Origin: Candidatus Omnitrophota bacterium
GTDB lineage: Bacteria; Omnitrophota; Gorgyraeia; Gygaellales; Profunditerraquicolaceae
DNA: 64,000 nucleotides
Reading direction: 5' to 3'
Assembly: GCA_028715415.1 (NCBI GenBank)
Contig: JAQURX010000001.1
Coordinates: 154,584 to 218,583, forward strand
Every line of letters begins with the position of its first letter. Within the stretch, counting starts at the first letter, position 1. The notes under the pieces were generated by a model. It searched no databases. It was given only the letters and a program-made list of their open reading frames with translations, and was not told the origin of the DNA. This document shows positions 28,235 to 42,700 of the stretch, one piece after another. A program made the position numbers and the translations under genes.

Positions 28235-28765
28235 TTAATTTGGAATAATCAGGCTAACGGTAATATCAATCCTTAGGGTTGTTGCTTGTTCGTCTCTTGA
28301 AGAAATCGACAATTTGTCGAGTTTTATAAGAAGATTGCTATTTTGAATTCTGTTCAGGAATCCGAGCAGTTGTTCAGTATTTCCTTCAAGCCGAAGGTCG
28401 GCGCTACATTTATTATATTCTGGATTCTGTTCAAATTTATCTTGTGGCGCAAGGTTTAAAACTGAGATTCCCGATTCTTGGGTTATTTTTTCAATTTCTC
28501 TTAATAATTTCGCGACTATATCCCTTTCCTGAGTTTCAAAAGTAAGATACTTGCTATATGTTTGGTATTCCTGGGCAATTTTGTCCTTATTTTTCTGTAT
28601 GCTTATTCCTTTTTTCGCTATCGCTTCTTCTAATTTAATTTTCTTATTTAATTCAGCAATCTTTGTTCGAAAGCCTGATAGGACGATTTTATCTATAAAA
28701 AAGAATGCCAATAGGCAAACAACGAAACCAAATATTATTTTCTCTCTTTTTTTAAATTTAATCAT
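28235..28765 (-). CDS. gspM: GspM/PilO-like inner-membrane assembly protein
   Basis: Short cytoplasmic N-terminus, one TM helix, a coiled coil and a periplasmic alpha/beta domain. Position after gspL. Confidence 0.45.
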   Translation of the reverse strand: MIKFKKREKIIFGFVVCLLAFFFIDKIVLSGFRTKIAELNKKIKLEEAIAKKGISIQKNKDKIAQEYQTYSKYLTFETQERDIVAKLLREIEKITQESGISVLNLAPQDKFEQNPEYNKCSADLRLEGNTEQLLGFLNRIQNSNLLIKLDKLSISSRDEQATTLRIDITVSLIIPN

Positions 28766-30183
28766 TTGTTAGGTAGTTTAAATGCAATTTCAAAATCCGT
28801 TATTTCTTTGTCTTTAACCCTTCTCTTCCTGGTGTATTTAGTCTGTACGTCGCTAAAATAATTTGATTTTTCCAGTAAGTTGATAAACCTGAACACGTCG
28901 GATAATTGGAACGCCTGTCCTCGTAGGGTTATTGTGTTTTTGTCATCAATCCCGATAAAATTAAGCGCGATTTCTTCGGGGACTACTTTTAGCAGTTGGT
29001 TCATTATGAATAACGGTTTCTTGCGTTCAGATAGATAATTTTTGATAACTTCTGTTTTTTTGGCTTGATTTATTAATTCCTTGGCTTCTTTGTCAATAAC
29101 TCCCAGAAGTACGTCTATTCTATTAAGATAAGTCTGTTGGTTATAGATTTTTCCTAAGAATATCGCGCACACTATGCTAAATAAGTAAATTAAACTTATG
29201 CCTAAAACAAGCATTTCTTTTGTTTTTTCTCTTAAGGTTTTCTTGATTTGAATCTCAGGGAGGATGAAGGTAAGCCCATGGATCCCCTTATCTATGCAAA
29301 CCTCTGATATGGAAGTCATAGATACATCTGTAGGAATTTCGATTTTCTTTGTTTTGGAGAGTTCTTCAAAGTAATGGACAGGCGAAGATTTTACCGGGAT
29401 ATCTATCTCTTTTTCAATTACTTTGTTCAGTTCATTAATTATACTTGCTCCGGTTAAGAATATTTTAGCCGGTTTCTTATTAGCCTCTTCATTATAGAAT
29501 ATAAGCAGCGATTGTTTAATCTCTCCTAAGAGTTTCATAAGCCCTATATCATCTTTTGCTGCGATTGGATTTGCTCCTACGGGTATATTTCTTGAGAAGA
29601 GTAAGCCTTGTTTCGAGAAAACCAGGAAATCTGTATATGCAGAATCAATATCAAGGATTGCGTAGAAGTCGGTTTGATTTATTTCTGCCTTGTGGTTATC
29701 TAAAATCCATTGCAAGCTTTGATAGGAACTAAGCGCTATATTATCAGTGAAAAGCCCAGCTTTATCTAATACATTGGTTTGGCGCCTTAAAGCGTCAATT
29801 TGGATTATTGCTAAAATCACCTTTGAGTAACCCATTTCATCAACGCCGGATAGTTTGTAAGAGAAAATTATTTCTTCTCTTTTGTAAGGGACGACTCTTG
29901 CGATATGCAGCTCTATCATCTGAGATATCTCTTGAGGGTTTTGAGAAGGTAAGTGTAAATTTCTCACGGTTACAAAATCGCGAGGAATAGCGATAGAGAC
30001 TGTGTTTGCTTTTATCTTTTCTTGCCTGATAATCCCTGAGATTCTGCTTGCTATCTGTTCGTCGGTAAGGGCACTTATAGATTCAACGATGCAGTTGGTA
30101 ACAGTGGTTTGAGTTGCCAATGATTTCGTAGCAATGATTTTAAGGTACTGTTTATTGATTTCTATTGCGACAGATGTGCTCAT
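28762..30183 (-). CDS. gspL: GspL-like protein: cytoplasmic actin-like (PilM-type) domain, TM helix, periplasmic PilN-like domain
   Basis: ~320 aa cytoplasmic domain, TM segment (LVLGISLIYLFSIVCAIFLG) and a periplasmic C-terminus. Overlaps the gspM start. Confidence 0.55.
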   Translation of the reverse strand: MSTSVAIEINKQYLKIIATKSLATQTTVTNCIVESISALTDEQIASRISGIIRQEKIKANTVSIAIPRDFVTVRNLHLPSQNPQEISQMIELHIARVVPYKREEIIFSYKLSGVDEMGYSKVILAIIQIDALRRQTNVLDKAGLFTDNIALSSYQSLQWILDNHKAEINQTDFYAILDIDSAYTDFLVFSKQGLLFSRNIPVGANPIAAKDDIGLMKLLGEIKQSLLIFYNEEANKKPAKIFLTGASIINELNKVIEKEIDIPVKSSPVHYFEELSKTKKIEIPTDVSMTSISEVCIDKGIHGLTFILPEIQIKKTLREKTKEMLVLGISLIYLFSIVCAIFLGKIYNQQTYLNRIDVLLGVIDKEAKELINQAKKTEVIKNYLSERKKPLFIMNQLLKVVPEEIALNFIGIDDKNTITLRGQAFQLSDVFRFINLLEKSNYFSDVQTKYTRKRRVKDKEITDFEIAFKLPNK

Positions 30184-30184
30184 A

Positions 30185-31414
30185 TTAGTGCACCATTTGC
30201 GTAATTTGGAATGTTGGAAGTAATATGGCTAAAACGATTGTCCCTAGGATAACCCCCATTACCAGAATCATTAAAGGCTCAATTAGAGAAGTAATAAGCG
30301 CGATATCGGCTTCAATTTCCCGATTATAGGAATTATAAATTTCATCAAGCACGTCACTTAGCGTCCCTGATTCTTCTCCTACTGCAATCATCTTTGTAAA
30401 GAATTTCGGTAAGCTGGTGTAGTTCTCGGCACTTTTAGAAATCGTTTGTCCGGAAGCCACCTCTTTACAGACTTTTTTAAGCTCATCCTTTAAGGCTGGG
30501 TCTGAAATTGTAGGGATTGATACTTCTAATGATTTAAGTGCAGGGACTCCGCTTTTAATTAATAATCCGAAAGCACGCGAAAAATATGCAAGGTCTTGGT
30601 TCCTGCTTAATCTTTTAATGATAGGTAACTTAGTCCTTATCTTTACTAATATGTTAATAAAAGTAGAAGTTCCTTTTTTAAAATAGATATACAATATTAC
30701 AGCGGCTATTATGCCGGCAATAATATACCAGGTTTTATTAGAGAAGGCGCTTATTTGAAGGATTATTTTTGTAATGAGCGGCAGGTCTTTCCCAAGCCCT
30801 TCAAAAAGCGGTTTAAGTTTTGGTATGACAAAGTTTATAAGGATAAATATACTGGAAAGCCCAACCAGCATTAATAGTATTGGATACGCTAAAGCTACTC
30901 TTATTTTAGTCCTTAGGTTGTCCTCTCTTGTTAGAAAATCGCTTATCTGTTCAAGGGCGAAATCAAGCTTTCCACTTGCCTCCCCTGCTCTTATTAGATT
31001 GATAAAAAGAGTTGAAAATATATTGGGGAATTTTGCAAGTGAATCGGAGAAAGTTTTGCCTTCTTTTGTTGCGTTATAGATTTCATGGATTACTTCTCTA
31101 AAACGTTGGTTGTCGGCTTGCTCATAAATAATCCTTAAGCTGGAAAGTAACTCAACACGGGCTCTTATCAGGGTAGTTAGCTTCAGGGTAAATTGCAGGA
31201 TTTCTTTAGAAGAAATTTTCTTGTTGATGATGACTTTCGCTTTTTTTGTTTTTGAAGTTCCTGCATCAGCTGCTGTAGTATGTTCTGAAATTGAAATAGG
31301 GAAAAGCCCTTGGGAGGTTAATTTATTTACGGCATCATCCCTGTTTATTGCTTCAATATGTCCATCAACAGTTTGATGCAATCCCTTTTTTGCTTTATAG
31401 ATAAATTTTGGCAT
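30185..31414 (-). CDS. gspF: Type II secretion inner-membrane platform protein GspF
   Basis: Two GspF/PilC repeats and three TM segments. 409 aa. Confidence 0.85.
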   Translation of the reverse strand: MPKFIYKAKKGLHQTVDGHIEAINRDDAVNKLTSQGLFPISISEHTTAADAGTSKTKKAKVIINKKISSKEILQFTLKLTTLIRARVELLSSLRIIYEQADNQRFREVIHEIYNATKEGKTFSDSLAKFPNIFSTLFINLIRAGEASGKLDFALEQISDFLTREDNLRTKIRVALAYPILLMLVGLSSIFILINFVIPKLKPLFEGLGKDLPLITKIILQISAFSNKTWYIIAGIIAAVILYIYFKKGTSTFINILVKIRTKLPIIKRLSRNQDLAYFSRAFGLLIKSGVPALKSLEVSIPTISDPALKDELKKVCKEVASGQTISKSAENYTSLPKFFTKMIAVGEESGTLSDVLDEIYNSYNREIEADIALITSLIEPLMILVMGVILGTIVLAILLPTFQITQMVH

Positions 31415-31418
31415 TATT

Positions 31419-35373
<3,955 letters not shown>

Positions 35374-35382
35374 TTATTTTTT

Positions 35383-36867
35383 TTAAGTGTTTTTATTTAA
35401 CAATTCCGTTTTTACAGCTTTAAAGAAATCGGCGATCTTTTTATCCAGCTCCATTTTTATTTCAGGGGTAAGCTGTTTTTTATCTTTAATTTGTTTAATA
35501 AGTTCCGGACTTTCTTTGTATAAATATGGACAGAAGCCTTCTATATACTTTTTCAAGAACTCAACAGGAACTGCTTCTAGGATTTTTCTTTTAAAAGCGT
35601 AAAAAAGCACAATCTCTTCTTCTAACGGGATAGGATTGTTATTAGACTGCATTAATATCTGCCGCAGGGTTTCTCCGCGTTGTAGTTTCTCCGAAGCTTC
35701 TTTAGAAAGCCGGGTTCTAAGTTTTGTTAAGCGCAGCATTTCTCTGTATTGGGTATACTCAAGCCTAAGCCCGCTTCCAAGCTCTTTAATCGCTGGATAC
35801 TGGACTTTGCTTCCAATACGGGAAACTGAAAGCCCGACGTCAATTGCGGGCTTAAATCCTTCCCGGAATAGCGGGGTGCTGATATAAATTTGGCCATCAG
35901 TAATTGAGATAAGATTAGTCTGAATGTACCCGGTAATATCTCCTTGTAATGTTTCAGCAATAGGCAGGAATGTCATTGAGCCGCCACCTAATTCTTTTCT
36001 CAGCTTGGCCGCTCGTTCAAGAAGCTGGGAATGCAGATAGAAAATATCTCCCGGGTAAGCTTCTCTTCCGGGTGAGCGCTCAAGGAGTAATGACATTTGC
36101 CGATAGATCCATGCATGTTTTGTTAGATCATCAAATACAACGAGTACACTTTTTCCCGCATACATAAAGTATTCTCCCAAGGCGGATGCAACGTATGGGG
36201 CAAGGTATTGTTCGGCTGCAGGAGTGTCTGCGGAAGCAGAAACGACAATCGTATATTTTAAAGCGTCTTTATCCAAGAGAGAGTAAATAACTTTTTTTAA
36301 CGCTGTCTCCGGACCGCCTATCCAGCAATAAATACAAATAACATCTTTATCTTTCTGGTTGATGATAGAGTCTATCCCAATGCTTGATTTACCGCTTTGT
36401 CTATCCCCGATAATAAGCTCTCTTTGGCCTTTTCCAACAGGGATGATGAAATCAACAATTTTAACTCCGGTAAGCATAGATTCGGTAACCGGTTCTCTTT
36501 CCATTACTCCGGGAGCTTGCCTAAAAACAGGGTAAAAATCGCTTGCTGCAATTTCACCTTTATTATCTATCGGTTCGCAAAGGCTGTTAACAATCCTTCC
36601 GATAAACTTTTCTCCAACAGGGACATTAATGATCTCGGCAAGCGAGCTAACAATTTCTCCTACTGAAACTTTGTTTTCTTGCCCAAAAATAATTACATTA
36701 ACATCTTCTTGGGTAAAGCCGATAACCATTCCTTTGATGCCTTGGGGGAATTGAATTAATTGACCGTAGACGCAGGAGGGTAAACCATCAATCTTTATGA
36801 TGCCGTTTTTTACTTCTTTGACTGTTCCTACCTCTTTTATGTCTAATGTTGGTATGTTTATACTCAT
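35383..36867 (-). CDS. atpA: F1 ATP synthase alpha subunit
   Basis: P-loop GDRQSGKS. 494 aa. Confidence 0.9.
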   Translation of the reverse strand: MSINIPTLDIKEVGTVKEVKNGIIKIDGLPSCVYGQLIQFPQGIKGMVIGFTQEDVNVIIFGQENKVSVGEIVSSLAEIINVPVGEKFIGRIVNSLCEPIDNKGEIAASDFYPVFRQAPGVMEREPVTESMLTGVKIVDFIIPVGKGQRELIIGDRQSGKSSIGIDSIINQKDKDVICIYCWIGGPETALKKVIYSLLDKDALKYTIVVSASADTPAAEQYLAPYVASALGEYFMYAGKSVLVVFDDLTKHAWIYRQMSLLLERSPGREAYPGDIFYLHSQLLERAAKLRKELGGGSMTFLPIAETLQGDITGYIQTNLISITDGQIYISTPLFREGFKPAIDVGLSVSRIGSKVQYPAIKELGSGLRLEYTQYREMLRLTKLRTRLSKEASEKLQRGETLRQILMQSNNNPIPLEEEIVLFYAFKRKILEAVPVEFLKKYIEGFCPYLYKESPELIKQIKDKKQLTPEIKMELDKKIADFFKAVKTELLNKNT

Positions 36868-36877
36868 AATTAGAGGT

Positions 36878-37597
36878 TTAACAGCCTTTTAGGTATGGTA
36901 TTGTTTTTTGTAATTTGTTCTTAAGGCTGCCATCAATAATGAATTCGCCTATCTGGATGATAATCCCTGCAATCAAATCAGGATTTATACTTTCTTCCAT
37001 GGTAATGTCCTGGCCTAATTTAATTGAGAGGGTATTTTTTAAACGCGATATTTCCTTTTCGTTTAATTTAAAACATGAAACGATTTTAATTTTATTTGAT
37101 TTTACGGTTATTCTTGTTTTGTCAAGGTTTTCTACTTCTTGGATAAGTTCATCAATTAGCTGATATTGCAATTGCTCATTATTTTTTCCGGTAAAAGCAA
37201 GCTTTAACATTTCCATTGAAAGCTCTAAGGCCTTGTTCTTTACGTCGGAAGCTATATTTTTGCGGATTCGTTCTATCTCATCATTCCCTTGAGTAAGTAA
37301 CTTTTGTTTTTCAAGCTTTGCATCTTCTTCTGCTTTCTGGCGCAAAGAATCACAAAGCAACCTTGCTTCATCAACGATTTTTTTGGAATCAGCCCTTGCT
37401 TTATCAAATTCCGCTAATTTTAATTTTCTTGCTTCTTCAAGTTCTTTTTTTACTTGAGCTTCTCTTGCCGATAGCTCAGCCTGTAGTTCTTTAAGCCGGG
37501 TTTCCGCGTAGCCAAGATGTTTTTTATAGAGGATCCTAAGTAAGAATAGCAATCCGAAAACAGCAGCTACTTGCAGGATAATTAATTGGATAATCAT
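36878..37597 (-). CDS. atpF: Fused Fo b / F1 delta (OSCP) subunit
   Basis: N-terminal TM helix and long coiled coil (b-like). C-terminal delta signature (INPDLIAGIIIQIGEFIIDGSLKNKL). Confidence 0.65.
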   Translation of the reverse strand: MIIQLIILQVAAVFGLLFLLRILYKKHLGYAETRLKELQAELSAREAQVKKELEEARKLKLAEFDKARADSKKIVDEARLLCDSLRQKAEEDAKLEKQKLLTQGNDEIERIRKNIASDVKNKALELSMEMLKLAFTGKNNEQLQYQLIDELIQEVENLDKTRITVKSNKIKIVSCFKLNEKEISRLKNTLSIKLGQDITMEESINPDLIAGIIIQIGEFIIDGSLKNKLQKTIPYLKGC

Positions 37598-37599
37598 AG

Positions 37600-37821
37600 T
37601 TATTTAAATAGGTTAAAAACAACCAAAAGTGCAATAATAGCAATTGCTTCAGCAAAAATAAACGCGATAATCATTGAGATGAGGATTTTTGGGGCTGCTG
37701 AGGGGTTTCTCCCTACAGCTTTTACTGCAGCATAACCGATAATGCCAATTACAGCCGCGGGCCCAAGTGTGCTTAAAAACATGATTAAGGCAATCGTGAA
37801 ATTACGCATATTCCTCCACAA
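37600..37821 (-). CDS. atpE: Fo ATP synthase c subunit
   Basis: Two-helix hairpin with the conserved carboxylate (FIFAEAIAII) and GxGxGxG-like N-helix packing. Confidence 0.8.
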   Translation of the reverse strand: MWRNMRNFTIALIMFLSTLGPAAVIGIIGYAAVKAVGRNPSAAPKILISMIIAFIFAEAIAIIALLVVFNLFK

Positions 37822-38047
37822 GTATTGTTAAATCGTTTCTTGACATTTTAGCAACGCCATATTTTATCATTATACGATTTTCTTTAAGAGGATCTAGTCT
37901 TAGCGTAACAAACCCGCTTCTTAGACGGCATAAAAAAGGCTGATGGAAATCTAAAACTGTAAGCTCTCCGTCTTCTCCGGGCAAGACAGCTTCTTTTATA
38001 TTTCCCTCAAAAATGATTTTTCTTGTATCCATTAACGAAACATTCAT
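37802..38047 (-). CDS. atpC: F1 epsilon subunit, N-terminal beta-sandwich only (no C-terminal helical hairpin)
   Basis: AVLPGEDGELTVLDFHQPFLCRLRSGFVTL matches the epsilon beta-sandwich motifs. 81 aa. It is the first gene of the operon. Confidence 0.6.
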   Translation of the reverse strand: MNVSLMDTRKIIFEGNIKEAVLPGEDGELTVLDFHQPFLCRLRSGFVTLRLDPLKENRIMIKYGVAKMSRNDLTILVEEYA

Positions 38048-38101
38048 TTTTTATATTATAATATTGTTTGTTGGGCGAGTAAAGATAAATTTATAAATCT
38101 A

Positions 38102-38938
38102 TTAATGCCAGAGGGTAGCAGATAAATAGTCTTTCCAGGTAGAATTGAATTCTTCTAAAGATTTAAAGCCATAGGTTTTCTTGAATGCGCTAAACCAGTC
38201 TTGGTTAATCCCTAATTCTCTTAGCGCCCGGCAGCAATCGCCAAATTTATCTTTTCCGTATACTTTGATGAGAAAGTCTATAATGCTAGTTGATTCGGCA
38301 TAAAAAATATCCGGCATTAAAACTCCTCCGCGGGACATTTTCCCAAGGTCTTCCAAAGGCAAAAATCCGGTTTTGTTGATAAGCCATTTTGCGACAAGAA
38401 GCCTGTCTGGTCTATTTTTCTTTTCTAAAAAACAGGCAACTCCCTCGTCGAGCCAAAGGGGTATTTTCTTTTTGTATCCGACAAATTCACGGAAAATGAT
38501 ATGGCCTAATTCGTGAGGCAGGATTGTATCAAGGAAATCTTGCATATTCATATAGGAATAAATTTCACGTTTCGTTGCGTGCACTCCACCGGTGGACCAT
38601 TCCGGGTAATTCGTTTCATTTTGATAGGTTTCCTTATCTTTGTATAAATAAATCTTAGCGCGGCTATCCCAAGTCCAAAATTTACTGTAACGGATGAACC
38701 CTAGTTCTTCAGCGATATTTTTATAATAGTTTTCGGCGTGGTCAAGAATTTCATTAACATATGTTAATGAAGCATTCTGAAAGTATAAAACAAAATGTTC
38801 GCTTTTTTTGGTTTCCCAAAAAGAGGTTTTGATTTCAGCCTGGCAGGTGGAGTAAGAGATGAGAAAAATTATAGTCATTGCGAGAAGTGAGCGAAGCGAA
38901 CGACGAAGTAATCTAAGACTATAATCTATGGATTTCAC
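38102..38938 (-). CDS. Secreted putative HExxH zinc metallopeptidase-like protein
   Basis: Signal peptide. HELGH motif with a downstream E (WLDEG). Confidence 0.45.
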   Translation of the reverse strand: MKSIDYSLRLLRRSLRSLLAMTIIFLISYSTCQAEIKTSFWETKKSEHFVLYFQNASLTYVNEILDHAENYYKNIAEELGFIRYSKFWTWDSRAKIYLYKDKETYQNETNYPEWSTGGVHATKREIYSYMNMQDFLDTILPHELGHIIFREFVGYKKKIPLWLDEGVACFLEKKNRPDRLLVAKWLINKTGFLPLEDLGKMSRGGVLMPDIFYAESTSIIDFLIKVYGKDKFGDCCRALRELGINQDWFSAFKKTYGFKSLEEFNSTWKDYLSATLWH

Positions 38939-38960
38939 TTTTGGTTGGCTAAAAGAGAAT

Positions 38961-39788
38961 TTATGATTTTGGTTCTTCTTTTGGCTTCTCTTCTTCGTTT
39001 AATATCTTATCAATATCTTTCGCTTCAAATTCCTTCTCTCCCTCTTCTTCTTTCTCGAGGGGCTCTCCAGGAGTTTCCTCTCCTTCTTTGGCAGGTTTAA
39101 AGAAAGTATCTTCTTCTTTAATGGTTTTGATTTGTTTCTGCCAGATCATGTAGAAGCTCCCTCCTAGGATGCCTAAGAATAAAACAATAATAATAATAAT
39201 TTTCCAAACTGTAGATGAAGGAAAGAGCTTAACTTGATTCATGAAGCTGCGCGCTAAGACTAAGTCGGATTTTACCGAATCAAGGATTTTTAAGTTTTCT
39301 CTAAAGTCTGAGATATGGCGTTCAGGATTAGCTGGAGAGCTTAGTTGGTTTTCCTGGACTTGGTTTAATTTTGATTCAATGTTGTTTTTTAGGAAAGAGA
39401 TTCTATCGGAAAATTCAGTATTTTTTAGTAAATCATAAAGTTTGTTAATTTCTGTCTTTAGAGGGGTAATTTCAGTTTCGGGAATAGTCCAGATGTCGCG
39501 GATTTCAATATCCCTTTCAACAATTTCTCCCGGTTTTAATTCATATTCACCATAGATGTAGTAGGAGCCTTGTTGAGTGTCGTAGGCAATCTCAAGGTCT
39601 CCTTTATCAACTACGTTCTCAGGCTTAGCTTCTTTGGGCAGGTATGCTTTTACAGGGACTCTTTGGACTTGTTCTTTGGATGGGTTAACAGCGATTACCT
39701 TTAAAACGATGTTGGCATAAGCTTGGGTAGAAAGTGAAATAAAAAGGCATAAAAAAACTCCTACCATATAAAATTTAAATCTTCTCAT
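38961..39788 (-). CDS. Bitopic membrane protein: signal peptide, ~185-aa periplasmic domain, TM helix, acidic E/K-rich cytoplasmic tail
   Basis: Starts 12 bp after the giant-gene stop. TM segment VWKIIIIIVLFLGILGGSFYMIW. Tail EEGEKEFEAKD...EEPKS. Confidence 0.4.
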   Translation of the reverse strand: MRRFKFYMVGVFLCLFISLSTQAYANIVLKVIAVNPSKEQVQRVPVKAYLPKEAKPENVVDKGDLEIAYDTQQGSYYIYGEYELKPGEIVERDIEIRDIWTIPETEITPLKTEINKLYDLLKNTEFSDRISFLKNNIESKLNQVQENQLSSPANPERHISDFRENLKILDSVKSDLVLARSFMNQVKLFPSSTVWKIIIIIVLFLGILGGSFYMIWQKQIKTIKEEDTFFKPAKEGEETPGEPLEKEEEGEKEFEAKDIDKILNEEEKPKEEPKS

Positions 39789-39799
39789 TTTGCTCCTCT

Positions 39800-42700
39800 T
39801 TATTTATACTCATACCAAGTCTGCGTGACTGGTTTATTGGCAATATTATCCACCATTTTCTTATTTAATTCAAGCGTTGCTTTTAATTCTTGAGACTTAT
39901 TCTTTAAATAATCAATATCATTCTTTTTCTCAGCAGTGACCTGATATAGTTTTTCTAGATTAACTCCTGCATCTCCGGAAATCTGCTTGATTTCTTTTGA
40001 TACGCTCTTTAACTGGCTGTAAATTGAGTCTAACACGTTAGCAGATGCAGCTGCATCTTTAACATCTTTTACTAGGCTCTTGCCTAATTGTGAGAGCGCT
40101 GTTTCAATTAAGGAGAACTGAGTTTTTAAGTTGTCTGCAACATCTCTTAAGGTTGAGATGCTTGAAGTAGCCCCCATGACCGATGCAACGTTTCCGGCTA
40201 TTTGTTCAAGGTCAGCTTTGATTACTGAGATGATCATAGCATCCACCGTTCCGTAAGTAGCCTCAGAGCAAACTATTGTAAAGTCTCCTTTGCCCCATCC
40301 ACCATCGAATAAGACAGGGAACTCGTATATAGCTACTTCAGAAGTAGAACTGCTAGTTATCGGTTTCATATTTCCGGTTAAAACTAATTTGTTTTCTGCA
40401 TCATAGACTTGAATAGTTGGCTGAACGCCGGTATATGAACGGAAGCGGATAACCAAATCTTTTGTTGAACGAATAGTGTTATCTCTATTAAGAATTTCAG
40501 ATTTTTTAATTGTAGTTACTTCTTTTTGAATCGTTTGTACTGCTGGAACGATTGTGCTCGTAGTCGTAGATAATATCTGTGAAGTATCACTCTTGACAGA
40601 GGCAACTTGAGTATCTATTTTATCTTCAATTGACTTCTTAGCTTTACCTACTTTATCCGCAATGTCATCAACCTTTGTTTCAATTGTTGTTGCTGACTGT
40701 TGTAAGCTTGTTAGTTGTGAAGTTTGCTGTGCTTGTTCAACAGCCTGTGAAATATCTATTGAGGCTCCTGAAGTATATTGTCCTGCACTGTAGTTAATAA
40801 TTGCTTTTACGAAATAATGTTTTCCTGTGGCTAAACCGGTAGCTTGCCAATTAAACCAGAATATGCCTTTATTGTCACGATAATATAAGCTTCCCATTCC
40901 AGGTTCAGTAGTAGATAATGTTTTTACTAAGGTTCCATTATCATAGATTTCCAAGGTAGCTGATTTGAGGTCGTTTAAAATTTGTTGTTTGATTGTATCA
41001 CTGTCAGAATCAGATGGCCCCATTAATTTTCCTCTTCTCTCTAACCATGTGGAAGCTCTTAGTGTGTCTGTAGCTGGATTATAGCTGGTTGATAATAAAA
41101 CGTGCCATTCAACCTGAGCGCTTATTTCATTTTCAAGAAGAACTGTTTGTATTGTATCACCATCAGCGCGCCAATCAGCTGCGCGTGCAATGTAGCCTTT
41201 TTTGGACCATCTGGTAATATAATTTCCAGCTGGGTAGTCCCTAGTTTGAGGTGAAGATAAAAGAACAGCGTTAATGTTCGTAATATCAACTAACCATCCG
41301 GTTTGGTCTTCTTTTACTCCTAATTCGTCCAAATGTCCATGTGTATCGTAGTCAACAACGTCCCAAGTGATATGGTAATAGTCTGCTTTGAATTCAGGAG
41401 ATTCAATAAAAACTGTAGGATCATTTGCATTGGTTATTTTAAATCTACAGTGTTCACTCCTTGGTTCCGGAATTGTCATATTGCATTGGCCTGCTGTAGC
41501 GCCAGTATTATTGATTGTTACGGTTTTAGTATTATCCCATGAGGTACCATTAAAATATTCAAATATAACCTGTGAGATACTGCCTTTTGTAGTCCAAGTA
41601 AACGTCTCTGTTTTTCCTACGATCTTTCTCTTTTGAGCTTCGGTATCTAAGTTAGTGATTACGAAAGCACCTTTAAACCTTATATCATTTGTTGAGCTAG
41701 CAGTAATATCGGCCCTTTCGTTGTTATTTTGGTCAATCATTGTTACTTTGATGCGTATTTTGCGGCTAATTAATACATCATTTGGAATCGTCCAAGAGAA
41801 ACTATTAGTTTGGTTAGGTGCACAGTCAATAGTAGCAATAGGATATGTGATTGCAGGAGTATCTGATTCAAAATATGAAAGGCGTACTTTATTCAAGGAT
41901 AAGCCTTTTGTTCTCCACTGAATAGGAAGTATTTCTCCAACCTCATATTCTGTTTTTGCTTCTGTTCCTAAAGGAGCAATTAGTTCAAGAGCTGGCTTAG
42001 GAAGAATAATTACGCTCTTTAGTTCAGACTTGACCTTTAAGTTTAGAGGGCCATAATTTGATAAGCCGTCCTTAGCTATTAGCTGAATTGGAATTTCTGG
42101 TTGGCCTTGTCTGCCTAATAAAGAGAATAAATCAGGTATTCCTGTTCCTCCAGGTCCGGCCCATGTGTATGAACCCATACCAGCCACATTGTCATTAGGT
42201 AAACCAAAGGCAATAGAAGTAAATGAGCCGTCCGGCGGGGTCGCTGAAGTATCAACGGTATATTGCAAAGCAATACTGTCAGGGTTGATGTAACCTTCAG
42301 TAGTCCATGTTATTGTTGGCTTCTCTCCAACTGCCCAATATACTCCTGTGCCAGAAGGATATGTAAGATTTATAAGCGGAATACCTATTTCAAAGATTTC
42401 TTCGTTGCTTGTTTCCCCAAAGGCGTTAGGTTCATCGGATTTCCACTTAACGTTATCAGTTATCAAGATTTTACAATTATTAGATGGAATGGTATTCTTC
42501 TGAATATCCCAAAGGAAAGTCCCTGTGTTGCTTAAATGAAGAGCAACAGGTGAACCGTCTTTATTAAGAATATCTTCATAAGGCCCTCCATTAACTGAAT
42601 ATTGAATTCTTAAGTCGTTGTGTGTAACTCCTCCATTATCATGCCAAAGAATAGGGTATTGTTTTCCTATGCGTAGGCAGTTTGTGCCTCTTTGTACATG

